DNA of 64,000 nt from Candidatus Bathyarchaeota archaeon (GTDB taxonomy: Archaea; Thermoproteota; Bathyarchaeia; Bathyarchaeales; Bathycorpusculaceae), in the NCBI GenBank assembly GCA_963715865.1, contig OY970280.1, forward strand, positions 1,824,001 to 1,888,000. Direction: 5' to 3'. A program made the position numbers and the translations under genes. Positions 39,187 through 48,997 of the stretch are shown here, one piece after another (position 1 is the first letter of the stretch; the number at the start of each line of letters is the position of its first letter). A model generated the notes under the pieces. The model saw only the letters and a list, made by a program, of their open reading frames with translations. It did not search any database and was not told where the DNA came from.

Positions 39187-40731
39187 ATGGAGCTCATCGT
39201 TGAAGACTTAAACATCACCACAGGCGGAAGCAGAATCGCCATACTTAGTGAACAAAGCGCCAACCTGTTAGACGTGCACAGTTCAGACAGAATACGAATA
39301 ACCTATGGCAGTCAACAAATGATTGCCATTGCGAATATAGCGGCGAATTTTCCCCAAAACCGCATTGGACTCTACAATGAAACCGCCTCTGCGCTCGGGG
39401 TGAAGGAAGACGAGACAGTCAATGTGCAGTTGGCTCCGCTTCCTGAATCATTGTTTAACGTTCGAGCAAAACTGCGTGGAGAGCGTTTGCGGGAGAAAGA
39501 CATCGTGACTATTGTGAATGATGTTGTTGAAAGGCATCTGAGTACGGTTGAAATAGCCGCTTTCTTAACCGCGCTTAGCATTCATGGATTAAGCACTGGT
39601 GAGAATGAGGCTTTGTCAAGGGCGATGGTTGCAACGGGAAAAACGCTCAGTTTCGGCGAAGCACCCATCCTAGATAAGCATAGTGTAGGCGGGATACCTG
39701 GCGACAAAACTTCCATGCTGGTTGTGCCCATTGTGGCGGCTGCAGGATTCACTATTCCCAAAACATCTTCTAGGGCAATTACTTCGCCCGCTGGAACCGC
39801 TGACCGAGTGGAAACCCTCTGTCCCGTAAACCTATCTATCAACGAGATTAAGGATGTTGTATCGAAAACGAACGGGTGCTTGGTTTGGGGCGGCGCCTTG
39901 GAACTTGCACCAGCTGATGACTTGTTTATTCAGGTTGAGTACCCGTTGGGAATTGACCCTATGCTTTTACCTTCGATTCTTAGCAAGAAAAAAGCCGTCG
40001 GAGCCACCCACATCGTCATTGACATTCCTACCGGTATGGCTGCTAAAATCAAAACCCGAACCGAAGCGTACACGTTAGCGTCTGATTTTGTGGATTTAGG
40101 AAAACGTTTAGACTTAAACATTCAATGCGCTTTGACTTTTGGAGACCAACCGTTAGGCTGCAGCATCGGACCAGCCCTTGAAGCCAAGGAAGCGTTAACA
40201 ACCCTTATGGGCGGTGGTCCGCCTGACCTGCGGGAGAAAGCTGTTAGTCTTGCAGGCATGCTTTTCGAGATGGTCGGAGTTGAAAACGGGCGAGCTAAAG
40301 CGGAGGATATGCTTGATTCTGGCAAAGCTGAGAAGAAGATGCGTGAAATCATTGGGGCTCAAGGGGGAAACCCAGCCGTTAAACCTGATGAATTACCTGT
40401 CGGCGCTGAAAAGGCTGAAGTGCGGTCTGAACGGGCTGGTAAAGTAATATGGCTTAGTACTGAGGACATCGTACGGATTGCAAGGGAAGCTGGAGCGCCG
40501 AAAGAGAAGGGTGCAGGCATAGTGTTACATGCGAAGCTTGGTGAAACTGTGCATAAAGACGAAGTGTTGTTTGAAGTGTATGCTGAGAGAAGCAGCAAGT
40601 TGGCTTCGGCGCTGGAGCTTGCAGGGCAATTGTCGCCTATTGTGCTGACTAAGAAGCCTGCGGAAAAGATGATTTTGGATCAGGTGCCTGAAAAGCTTTC
40701 ACATGAGAAATCTTTCATGTTAGACAGGTAA
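39187..40731 (+). CDS. AMP phosphorylase
   Basis: DKHSVGGIPGDKTS, KTSSRAITSPAGTAD, SILSKK, QPLG..IGPALEA. Confidence 0.95.
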   Translation: MELIVEDLNITTGGSRIAILSEQSANLLDVHSSDRIRITYGSQQMIAIANIAANFPQNRIGLYNETASALGVKEDETVNVQLAPLPESLFNVRAKLRGERLREKDIVTIVNDVVERHLSTVEIAAFLTALSIHGLSTGENEALSRAMVATGKTLSFGEAPILDKHSVGGIPGDKTSMLVVPIVAAAGFTIPKTSSRAITSPAGTADRVETLCPVNLSINEIKDVVSKTNGCLVWGGALELAPADDLFIQVEYPLGIDPMLLPSILSKKKAVGATHIVIDIPTGMAAKIKTRTEAYTLASDFVDLGKRLDLNIQCALTFGDQPLGCSIGPALEAKEALTTLMGGGPPDLREKAVSLAGMLFEMVGVENGRAKAEDMLDSGKAEKKMREIIGAQGGNPAVKPDELPVGAEKAEVRSERAGKVIWLSTEDIVRIAREAGAPKEKGAGIVLHAKLGETVHKDEVLFEVYAERSSKLASALELAGQLSPIVLTKKPAEKMILDQVPEKLSHEKSFMLDR

Positions 40732-40992
40732 AAATATTGATGACCAGCATACAAAGGCTCCTTTAGAAGCTGACTTATTCAAAGGGGCACTCTTTTTGCT
40801 ACTCAAACTCCTAAGCTAAAAGCCTACCCCTATCGCAATTTTGAAGTAACTTTCAAGGCAATAGTGTACCTATCCCTTATCGGGTAGCCGCTGGACATAG
40901 CTATCTTTTTCACAGTAGTTTTCATGCTAAAAAGAGGCTACCCACTCCTGCTTGTATGCTAGGTTGTAAAAATAAAAAATAAAAATTTTGTT

Positions 40993-41358
40993 TTATCGGG
41001 TTATTGCTCCACCTATCAGGCCGCCGACAGCTGCAATTATGCCTGCAAATATGGCTAATACAATCGCTGCTACGCCTACTGCTAAACCAGCTAAGCCCCC
41101 AAATAATGCGCCTGCAAATCCACCAGCGAGTCCTCCAATGATTGCGAGCCCCAAGAAAGCTAGAATTGCTATTATGATGCCGCCGAATATGCCTGCGAGA
41201 AAACCAGCGACTAATCCTCTGCCCACTCCTCGAGCTACGAGCCCAGCTACTAAGCCGCCGATGAACCCACCCACCAGATGACCGATTCCTGGAAAGAGAA
41301 AAGCAAGAACCAGTATTACCAAGAAGCCCATGAAGGCGCCTAACCATACGCTTCCCAA
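40993..41358 (-). CDS. Small glycine-rich membrane protein
   Basis: Repeated GGxxGxxAG hydrophobic helices. Confidence 0.8.
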   Translation of the reverse strand: MGSVWLGAFMGFLVILVLAFLFPGIGHLVGGFIGGLVAGLVARGVGRGLVAGFLAGIFGGIIIAILAFLGLAIIGGLAGGFAGALFGGLAGLAVGVAAIVLAIFAGIIAAVGGLIGGAITR

Positions 41359-41649
41359 ATTTTTTCACCACCTTTACAAGTAAATGCTCGGCTGAATGCC
41401 TATAAGTTTTAGCTAAAAGAAAATACAGTTAGCTGTTTAGATAATACTTTGTTGGTGTAGCTAAACAATAACAAAAAAATCAAAAAGCAAAAACAAAAGA
41501 GCCTCCTATGCTGACGGCACGCATAGCATAAGATGGCTTATGATTAATATTAAATATCATTTTTTAGCCCCAAACATGCGTTAATTTTAATAGAGTGTTT
41601 TTGCAGAGTATTTATTAAAAAAATTGAAGTTAGGGCAGTTTTCTAGGGT

Positions 41650-42324
41650 TTGAACATGGTTGGCTCCATTTGGGTATACTTAAAAAAAATATTCAGTTTA
41701 TCATTGGTTCTTAACTCACTCATAACTTTAGCCGCCATAGCTGGAATCTTGTATGGTTTTTACCATGCTCACTGGCACCCTTATGCACCCTATCTTATCA
41801 ACGGTAACCTTTTTCTGCTGGTAGCTACAGCTGCATTCATCAATATTTTTCCGAGTGCAAGCATAAGCAGAGCTTTGCATACTGGACGATTCTTGTTTCA
41901 CCATTATGTCTACGGCTTTTTTGTTATGCTATCTTCTTCTGTTTATGTAGTGGCGTTCACATCTGTCTCTTTGCTTAGCCTCTTTCTGGTGAACACTTCA
42001 AATATAGCGGTAAATGCCGGACGATTTTTTGTCTTAATTGGGTTAACCTTGCTTTTGGATGACCTTCCGGATGTTTCAAAAAGAGTCGAATCTGCCTTGA
42101 ACAAGTTGAAGTCAAGGGCTTATCAGGTGCGAAAAGTAATCCATGGCCTTCAATTGATTACGGGTTTAATTTCGTTCTACGTTTTTCTTGCCGTTGCCCT
42201 CTCGTCAATCCAAAACCTCGCGTGGACTGTTGCCAACTACCTTACTATGAGCACTTTGCTAATAACTAGCATTACTTCCTTTGCTTGTGTAAAAAGAAAG
42301 GCATGGCTAAAAATCACCTTGTAA
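41650..42324 (+). CDS. Membrane hypothetical protein
   Basis: Multi-TM pattern, FHHYVYG, LLLDD. Confidence 0.75.
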   Translation: MNMVGSIWVYLKKIFSLSLVLNSLITLAAIAGILYGFYHAHWHPYAPYLINGNLFLLVATAAFINIFPSASISRALHTGRFLFHHYVYGFFVMLSSSVYVVAFTSVSLLSLFLVNTSNIAVNAGRFFVLIGLTLLLDDLPDVSKRVESALNKLKSRAYQVRKVIHGLQLITGLISFYVFLAVALSSIQNLAWTVANYLTMSTLLITSITSFACVKRKAWLKITL

Positions 42325-42336
42325 AATAAATTACCC

Positions 42337-43053
42337 TTAGCGTTTTTGTTTGAGGATTTCTTTTCCGATGGCTTCTAGTTGTTGGCGGGAGTAGTCGCTA
42401 GAGCTCGCGTGTGTGGTTATGTAGTTGGGCAGTTGAGGAAGTTTGAGGATTGGGACTGTAGGATTGTTCAAGTGGAGAGTGGCGTGGTTGTTTGTAAAGA
42501 CTACGATGCCTTCAACCCAGGTACCTGGCGACCTAAAAGCCTGCGAAGAGTCAATTATGTGTTTTATTTTGGCAGTGTTCCTTTTGACTTGCCGGCTTGG
42601 GCTGCCCTTGAAGTTACGTTTACCAGCTCTTTGCCACTCGTCGCCATTGCAGGTTATGTTGCCGCTCCAATTCTTCGTCTCCAAAACAAAGATGCCACTA
42701 GGCCCAAGGACGACATGGTCGATGTCGCCGTCGCCGTTGTGTAGATACAGGTCGTTTATAAGTATGTAGTCGTCGCTTAGCTTGCTGCTTAGGAGTTTAG
42801 CTACTTGTTTTTCGCCTTCCCAACCGCCACTGTAAATTCGGTACTTGTGCAGGTAAAAGTAAAACGCAGCTAACGGCACCAGCGAAACCAACAATCCAGC
42901 CTCTTCAAAAATGCTCAAGCTCAGGGTGAAGAGCACTCTTAAACTTAAAGCGAAAAAGATTAAGCCAAACAAGATTAAGCAAAGAAATGCCTTTGCCAGA
43001 TTCTTTCTGACCTGGTTCTTTAGGTAGTTGCTGGACCCTTTCATCTTTCGCAT
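42337..43053 (-). CDS. NERD-domain nuclease-related membrane protein
   Basis: GWEGEKQV, INDL, DIDHVVLGPSGIFVLETKNW, SPSRQV. Confidence 0.9.
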   Translation of the reverse strand: MRKMKGSSNYLKNQVRKNLAKAFLCLILFGLIFFALSLRVLFTLSLSIFEEAGLLVSLVPLAAFYFYLHKYRIYSGGWEGEKQVAKLLSSKLSDDYILINDLYLHNGDGDIDHVVLGPSGIFVLETKNWSGNITCNGDEWQRAGKRNFKGSPSRQVKRNTAKIKHIIDSSQAFRSPGTWVEGIVVFTNNHATLHLNNPTVPILKLPQLPNYITTHASSSDYSRQQLEAIGKEILKQKR

Positions 43054-43201
43054 GCATTAACCGCTCTATGCAGGTTTCATTAGCTTGTAACTATATTACC
43101 ATATGGCACTCTAACCCATAACTTTCAGAGTAAGATAGCGCAAGTTTGAGCCTGTTCTTTATGCGGAACGGAGGTGTTCTCTAGGGAGAGCTATAAGACT
43201 C

Positions 43202-44179
43202 TTGTTTAATCTATTTTTGTTATACGGTGATGTATGTATGGCGTTTAAGAGAGTGAAAAGTAGGGTAAAGGTGTTAATGCTATGCTTGCTCATGGCAAGT
43301 GTGCTAAGCCCAATTTTGTTGACAAGTGCAAAGGCACAAAACAGCGGAGTCACTATTGGCTATTGGCCTTTAGACGAAGTTCAATCAAGCGGTTACAACG
43401 TAATAACCCCTGACTCGACAGGTGTAAACCCTGGCATTGTAGCAGGCACTCCTGAGCCTACGCTGGTGGATGGCAAATTTGACAAAGCTATGCAGTTTAA
43501 TGGACAAAACTTCGTGTACATCCCCATAAAATTCATAGTTGGCTTTCCTCCCACACCACAGCCAATCTATATTCCGGTCTCGCCAAACCTTGACATTCAA
43601 AAATACGTCCAAATTGAAGCATGGATTAACGTTCCAGGATTCAAAAACGCAACCTACAACAACATCGTTGTTAAATGCAACCATCCAGATCAAGCCGCCT
43701 CCTGGCAGAACACCACCAGAGTCCTCGGACTAGCCCTAAGAGCAGGCGTACCTGAAAACGGCGTACAATATGTTGAAGGAGCACTTAGCGGTTTTGTGTC
43801 AACTGACACTGGAGGATTCAACGAGATAGTGACAACACAATCAGTTCCTTTGAACCAGTGGATTAATGTTGAATTTACTCGAACTTCCACAGGCATGCAC
43901 CTCTACATTAACGGCTACGAGCAAAGCGTTAACGTGATTAATGGCGTTCAAAATCCTCAAGGTAGCATAGTTAATGGAACAGAATACTACTTTGGGCATG
44001 ATGGACTAGCAACCATCGACGACGTTCGCATTGTCGATCTAGGTCCACAAGTTTCAGAGGCTGCGTTTGACATTGGACCTAACATCATGATGGCAATAAT
44101 AGTGGTGTCAGTGATCTTTGCAGTAGCATGGTTATTGCGCAGAGTGATTCAATTGTGGCTGATTCGACCCAAACTCTAA
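43202..44179 (+). CDS. LamG/ConA-like domain cell-surface protein (start probably ~43238)
   Basis: Signal peptide, GYWPLDE, GKFDKAMQFNG, LYING, IDDVRI, C-terminal TM. Confidence 0.85.
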   Translation: MFNLFLLYGDVCMAFKRVKSRVKVLMLCLLMASVLSPILLTSAKAQNSGVTIGYWPLDEVQSSGYNVITPDSTGVNPGIVAGTPEPTLVDGKFDKAMQFNGQNFVYIPIKFIVGFPPTPQPIYIPVSPNLDIQKYVQIEAWINVPGFKNATYNNIVVKCNHPDQAASWQNTTRVLGLALRAGVPENGVQYVEGALSGFVSTDTGGFNEIVTTQSVPLNQWINVEFTRTSTGMHLYINGYEQSVNVINGVQNPQGSIVNGTEYYFGHDGLATIDDVRIVDLGPQVSEAAFDIGPNIMMAIIVVSVIFAVAWLLRRVIQLWLIRPKL

Positions 44180-44216
44180 ACGCTCCAAAATTTAAGTAAA
44201 AAACGGTGGGGTTGAT

Positions 44217-45389
44217 GTGGGAACCGGACTTAAACTCCTCGAACTGCTGCTTCGCCAAAAACTCTTAGGCAAGGGTCTGGAAGGAGAACCCAACACTCCC
44301 CTTATTGTATCGTACGCTGTCACGAAAGCCTGCAACCTTCGATGCCTTCACTGCCATGTTTCAGCCAATGAAGTCATGCCAAACGAGCTTAACGTTAAAG
44401 AAGCAATGCACGCCATAGATGAGATGGCGAATCTTGGAACTGAAGCTTTGATTTTCAGCGGCGGTGAACCTCTTCTTAGAAAAGATTTCGTGTTGACACT
44501 TGCGGAATATTGCGATGACGTCGGCATTATAACAGCTATGCTCTCGAATGGGTTGTTAATCAACCATAAAGTAGCTTTAGAACTGAAAGATGCCGGAATT
44601 AAAGCGATAGGCATACCGATTGACTCAATTAACCCTGAAAGCCACGACAAACTCAGAAACGTGCCAGGCACATTCAAAAAAGCAGTATCAGCAATCCAAG
44701 CCTGCTTAGACATGGACCTAGAAGTAGTCGTCACCACCATGGCGCTAAAAGACACCTTTAATGAGATGCCGAAAAGAATAGAATTCTTAGCCAACCTAGG
44801 CGTGGACCAAGTTGCCGTTTACGACTTGGTTCCTGTTGGACGAGGAAAAGACGTGATGGACCAAGCGATGACTCAAGAGCAAAGAGTCAGCCTAATACGG
44901 TACCTACAAGCGAAGCAGGAAGAAACAGAAATGGTCTTCACCATATCAGGTGGAATACCACTTTATCCAGAAATCGCCATGGAAATCCACAAATCACACG
45001 ACACAAAACCAAAGGATTTACTGCTTAAAGAGTTCTGGATACACAACGCAGTCGGATGCCACGCAGGCATACTATACTTCAGCTTGCGCCCCAACGGAGA
45101 CGTTTACCCCTGCACTTTCCTACCGATAAAAGCAGGAAACATCCGCGAGCAAAGCCTAACTGAAATCTGGCGCAACTCAAAAATCCTCAACACCCTAAGG
45201 CAACGAAAAGCGTTGAAAGGAAAATGTGGAAGCTGCGAATACAGAGAAACATGCGGAGGATGCAGAGGCAGAGCTTATGGTTGCACAGGAGACTATTTGG
45301 AGACAGACCCTGTTTGCTTGCGCGACTTGATGGTGGAAGAGAATGTTTACCCGAATAACGTGAAGCGGTTCGGCTGGTGCGTTGGTTAG
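44217..45389 (+). CDS. Radical SAM/SPASM protein (Ahb/NirJ/PqqE-like)
   Basis: CNLRCLHC, SGGEPLLR, CHAG...PNGDVYPC, GKCGSC...CGGCRGRA...DPVC. Confidence 0.92.
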   Translation: MGTGLKLLELLLRQKLLGKGLEGEPNTPLIVSYAVTKACNLRCLHCHVSANEVMPNELNVKEAMHAIDEMANLGTEALIFSGGEPLLRKDFVLTLAEYCDDVGIITAMLSNGLLINHKVALELKDAGIKAIGIPIDSINPESHDKLRNVPGTFKKAVSAIQACLDMDLEVVVTTMALKDTFNEMPKRIEFLANLGVDQVAVYDLVPVGRGKDVMDQAMTQEQRVSLIRYLQAKQEETEMVFTISGGIPLYPEIAMEIHKSHDTKPKDLLLKEFWIHNAVGCHAGILYFSLRPNGDVYPCTFLPIKAGNIREQSLTEIWRNSKILNTLRQRKALKGKCGSCEYRETCGGCRGRAYGCTGDYLETDPVCLRDLMVEENVYPNNVKRFGWCVG

Positions 45390-45435
45390 CGCAAGTTTAC
45401 TACGTACATTTCCATAATTCTTTTAACTGTTCCTT

Positions 45436-46689
45436 TTGTGGGACACCAGCAATCCTTTAATACAGCTTGCTTTCAATGAAGCGAGCATGACTGCCGAGGA
45501 AGCGCCTCCCGAAAAAATTGTCCACAGAAGGCTCTTTCTTCCTGCTTTGGGACTTGCAGTCTTCTCCGTTTGGTTGATAACCGTTACATTTCAACTGCTC
45601 CTAATCGACATAGCTCATACATTTCAAGTTCAAGTAGGCACAGCAAGTCTAGTAGCAGCTGTTGGTTCCATCTCTGGAATAGCTGCTGGACTCATAATGG
45701 CTGTTTTGAGTGTTCGCTTCAATCACAAATTATTTTTACTAATCGGACTATTATGCACCAGTTTGTCGGCAGTAGCCTTCTTTTTTGCTCCAAACTATGA
45801 TTTACTGCTAATCCCAAATATCGGTGTAGGAACCGGGATAGCCCTAGCCACCTCTATGGCTTACTCATTAATCGGAGAATTCTATCCGCTCGAAAAAAGA
45901 GGAAGAGCAATTGGCTGGATAGTGGCATCTACCACTTTGGCATACGTCATTGGAGCCCCTCTCATCGGAATAATTGCAAGCATTGGAAGTTGGCGCTCAG
46001 TCATGATTTGGTTAGCCTTACCACTCGCTCTCGCGAGTTTAATTCTATCCTTCATTGTTATTCCAAACAAGTCAAACATAAATTCACAACTTGTGAAAGA
46101 ACCCTTTTTTGCTGGTTGCAAGCAAGCCTTCTCGAACACATCTGCCGTCGCCATCTTATTCGTTACGATGTTTAGCATGGCTGAAGGGTCTATTGGCTTT
46201 TACGCGATTTCTTTCTTTAGGTCACAATTCGCTGTAAGCATCACAGTAGGTTCAATCATCATCGTTGTAGGGAACATCCTCGCGGCTATAGGCGGCGTTG
46301 TTGCAGGATTATTGGTCAATCGAGTAGGCCGAAAACCTCTTGGAACCGTCACTTGTTTGGCGGCAGCTTTACTCACCCTATCGTTTACTTTCGTGCCCAA
46401 CTTTCCGCTCTCTTGGGGTTTGAGTGCTCTTCGTTTCTGGTTTTCTGGAATGTCCTTTACTGCAGGCGGCAGCTTAGTTATTGAGCAGCTTCCGAAATTC
46501 CGTGCAACCATGATGTCGCTTAATACTGCCTTTATGAACTTGGGAATGTTATTAGCTTCCATTGCAGGCGGAATAGCTCTCGACATCTATAACTACCAAA
46601 CATTGGCGCTAATTCTGGGAGGCTTAGGTGTGGTAGGCACAGTTATGTGGGTCACTGTGGTTAGAGACCCGTGCAAAGCCCAAAAATAA
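45436..46689 (+). CDS. MFS transporter
   Basis: 12-TM pattern, KRGRAIG, NRVGRK motif. Confidence 0.92.
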   Translation: MWDTSNPLIQLAFNEASMTAEEAPPEKIVHRRLFLPALGLAVFSVWLITVTFQLLLIDIAHTFQVQVGTASLVAAVGSISGIAAGLIMAVLSVRFNHKLFLLIGLLCTSLSAVAFFFAPNYDLLLIPNIGVGTGIALATSMAYSLIGEFYPLEKRGRAIGWIVASTTLAYVIGAPLIGIIASIGSWRSVMIWLALPLALASLILSFIVIPNKSNINSQLVKEPFFAGCKQAFSNTSAVAILFVTMFSMAEGSIGFYAISFFRSQFAVSITVGSIIIVVGNILAAIGGVVAGLLVNRVGRKPLGTVTCLAAALLTLSFTFVPNFPLSWGLSALRFWFSGMSFTAGGSLVIEQLPKFRATMMSLNTAFMNLGMLLASIAGGIALDIYNYQTLALILGGLGVVGTVMWVTVVRDPCKAQK

Positions 46690-46761
46690 ACGCGTTAATA
46701 AAAACAACAATAAATAAAAATTTAAAAAAATGGCTGATCTCAAAAGAGACAACTTAGCGGT

Positions 46762-48186
46762 TTATTTCTTGTTTGTTAGGTATTCGTGCATTGCTTTTGC
46801 TGCGCGTTTGCCTGCTCCCATTGCGCTGATGACTGTTGCTGCCCCTGTTGCGACGTCTCCGCCTGCGTAAACTCCGTCTAAGCTTGTTTTGCCAACTTCG
46901 TTGACGCATATTGTTCCGTGTCTTGGGTCGCTTTGCAAGCCGTCTGTTGTTCGCTGTATGATTGGGTTTGGTGTTTGACCGATGGCGACGATTACTGTGT
47001 CAACGTCCATTGTGAATTCTGAGCCTGGAATTTCTTTTACTCCACGTCTGCCTTTTGCATCTGGCTCGCAGAGTTCCATTGCGATGCATTTCATGCTTTT
47101 AACCCAGCCTTTCTCGTCGCCGTAAAACTCGAGTGGTGCAGCAAGGAACTTGCAGACTAAGCCTTCTTCTTCCGCGTTTTCGATTTCTTCGTGTCTTGCT
47201 GGCAACTCTGTACGTGAGCGTCTGTAGAGTAAGCATACGTCTGAGCCAAGCCGCATGCTGCTTCTTGCGCAGTCCATAGCAACGTTTCCGCCGCCGATGA
47301 CGACTACGTGTTTGCCTATGCGTATTGGAGTGTCGTATTCTGGGAATTGGAATGCTTTCATGAGGTTAACGCGTATTAGGAATTCGTTAGCTGAGTAGAT
47401 TCCGCCAAGGTTTTCTCCTGGGCAACCGGTGAACTGTGGCAAGCCTGCGCCGCTACCGATGAATACTGCTTCGTAACCGTCCTTCATCAATTCTGGAATA
47501 GTGTGAATCCTTCCAACTAGGTTGCCTAGTCGCAAGTCAACGCCAAGTTTCTGGATGTAAGCGACCTCATTTTGTACGATTGCTTTTGGTAAACGGAACT
47601 CTGGAATACCATACGACAGCACTCCTCCGCCAACGTGCAAAGCCTCAAACATTGTAACGTCATGACCAAGCTTAACCAAGTCAGCAGCAGCCGTTAATCC
47701 AGCTGGACCTGCACCGACAATTGCTATTTTTTTGCCTGTTGGTGGAGCTTTCTCTGGAATCTGAGAACCATTGTCACGTTCCCAGTCTGCAAGAAAACGT
47801 TCTAAGCGTCCGATGCTGATTGGGTCACCCATTTTTCCGACGACACATTTAGCTTGGCATTGCACTTCTTGAGGGCAAACTCTTCCGCAAACAGCGGGCA
47901 ACGCATTCTTCGCCTTTATGAGAGCAATGCCTTCAGCATACTTCTTTTCTTTAATCAGCTTAATGAACGCTGGAATAGGAACATCCACAGGACAACCAGT
48001 TATACATTGAGGCTTAGGACACTGCAAACAACGATTAGCTTCTTCAAGCGCTTCAGCTTCAGTGTAACCTAAAGCAACTTCATTGAAGTTTTTAGCCCTT
48101 ACTTTTGGATCTTGCTTAGCCATTTCAACGGCTTTCTTGTTTAATTTTGGTTTAGGCTTAACTTCCGCCACACTTACAACCTCCAC
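46762..48186 (-). CDS. nfnB: NfnB/SudA, large subunit of NADH-dependent ferredoxin:NADP+ oxidoreductase
   Basis: CLQCPKPQCITGCPV, GRVCPQEVQC, GAGPAG, GGGNVAMD, AGGDVATG. Confidence 0.9.
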   Translation of the reverse strand: MEVVSVAEVKPKPKLNKKAVEMAKQDPKVRAKNFNEVALGYTEAEALEEANRCLQCPKPQCITGCPVDVPIPAFIKLIKEKKYAEGIALIKAKNALPAVCGRVCPQEVQCQAKCVVGKMGDPISIGRLERFLADWERDNGSQIPEKAPPTGKKIAIVGAGPAGLTAAADLVKLGHDVTMFEALHVGGGVLSYGIPEFRLPKAIVQNEVAYIQKLGVDLRLGNLVGRIHTIPELMKDGYEAVFIGSGAGLPQFTGCPGENLGGIYSANEFLIRVNLMKAFQFPEYDTPIRIGKHVVVIGGGNVAMDCARSSMRLGSDVCLLYRRSRTELPARHEEIENAEEEGLVCKFLAAPLEFYGDEKGWVKSMKCIAMELCEPDAKGRRGVKEIPGSEFTMDVDTVIVAIGQTPNPIIQRTTDGLQSDPRHGTICVNEVGKTSLDGVYAGGDVATGAATVISAMGAGKRAAKAMHEYLTNKK

Positions 48187-48997
48187 GCATTTCCCACAAT
48201 ACTGAACTTAACCTTTCTTCAGGAAGCATTGTGCGCTGACGCAAAATCAACTGGTCGAAATCGGTTTGGTGACCATCAAATTCTGGTCCATCAATGCAAC
48301 CGAACTTCATTTTGCCGCCAACTGAAACTCGGCATACTCCGCACATGCCCATGCCATCAATCATTATAGGCGTTAAAGTTACAACTGTTGGAATGCCATA
48401 AGGCTTTGTGATTTCGCTAACATCCTTCATCAGGATAACTGGACCCATAACGATGCAGCGGTCAAACTTTTCCTTCTTCAGCAGGTCCTTGAGGAAGTCT
48501 AATCCTTTGTAGCCTTTTGAACCGTCATCTGTTGCTATGTAAACTTTGTCGCTCATGGCTTTAGCTTCGTCTTCCATCATTATGAACTCCTTTGTCCTAG
48601 CGCCGAGAATTGTGGTTACTTTGTTGCCTGCTGCTTTCATGGCTTTGACCTGTAACAGCAACGGCGCAATCATCACGCTTCCGCCGACACAGAGGACTTT
48701 GCCGAAGTTTTTGACTTCAGACGGATTGCCAAGTGGACCTGTAACGTTATCGATGCATTCGCCTTCGTTTAGTAAGCCAAGCGCTTTTGTGGTTTTGCCG
48801 ACTTCATGGAAAGCAAACGATACTGTTCCTTTCGCTCTGTCGCATCCGCATATTGTCAGGGGTATTCGTTCGCCTGCTTTGCCGTTTATGACTATTACGA
48901 ATTGTCCAACTTGCGATTTAGCTGCAATGTCGGAAGCTTCAACTTCAAACAGCTTAATTTTTGGAACTAGTTCTTTTTTAGTTACTATTTTGTACGT
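48158..48997 (-). CDS. nfnA: NfnA/SudB small subunit; reading frame extends 107 codons upstream of the ORF-track start to an ACG
   Basis: In-frame YKIVTKKELVP...GQFVIV...ERIPLT...GPLG upstream of 48676; DDGSKG, DGMGMCGVCRV, CIDGPEF. Confidence 0.88.
   Translation of the reverse strand, partial: TYKIVTKKELVPKIKLFEVEASDIAAKSQVGQFVIVINGKAGERIPLTICGCDRAKGTVSFAFHEVGKTTKALGLLNEGECIDNVTGPLGNPSEVKNFGKVLCVGGSVMIAPLLLQVKAMKAAGNKVTTILGARTKEFIMMEDEAKAMSDKVYIATDDGSKGYKGLDFLKDLLKKEKFDRCIVMGPVILMKDVSEITKPYGIPTVVTLTPIMIDGMGMCGVCRVSVGGKMKFGCIDGPEFDGHQTDFDQLILRQRTMLPEERLSSVLWEMRGGCKCGGS

Noticed and set aside
41506-41542. Two adjacent inverted repeats CTATGC-N9-GCATAG and CATAAG-N4-CTTATG
   Set aside because: 6-bp arms, single occurrence and no cognate regulator nearby; compatible with chance.
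44217-46689. RiPP cluster (radical SAM/SPASM plus MFS exporter)
   Set aside because: No precursor peptide or RRE/PqqD gene is adjacent; the enzyme fits general Ahb/NirJ-like families.
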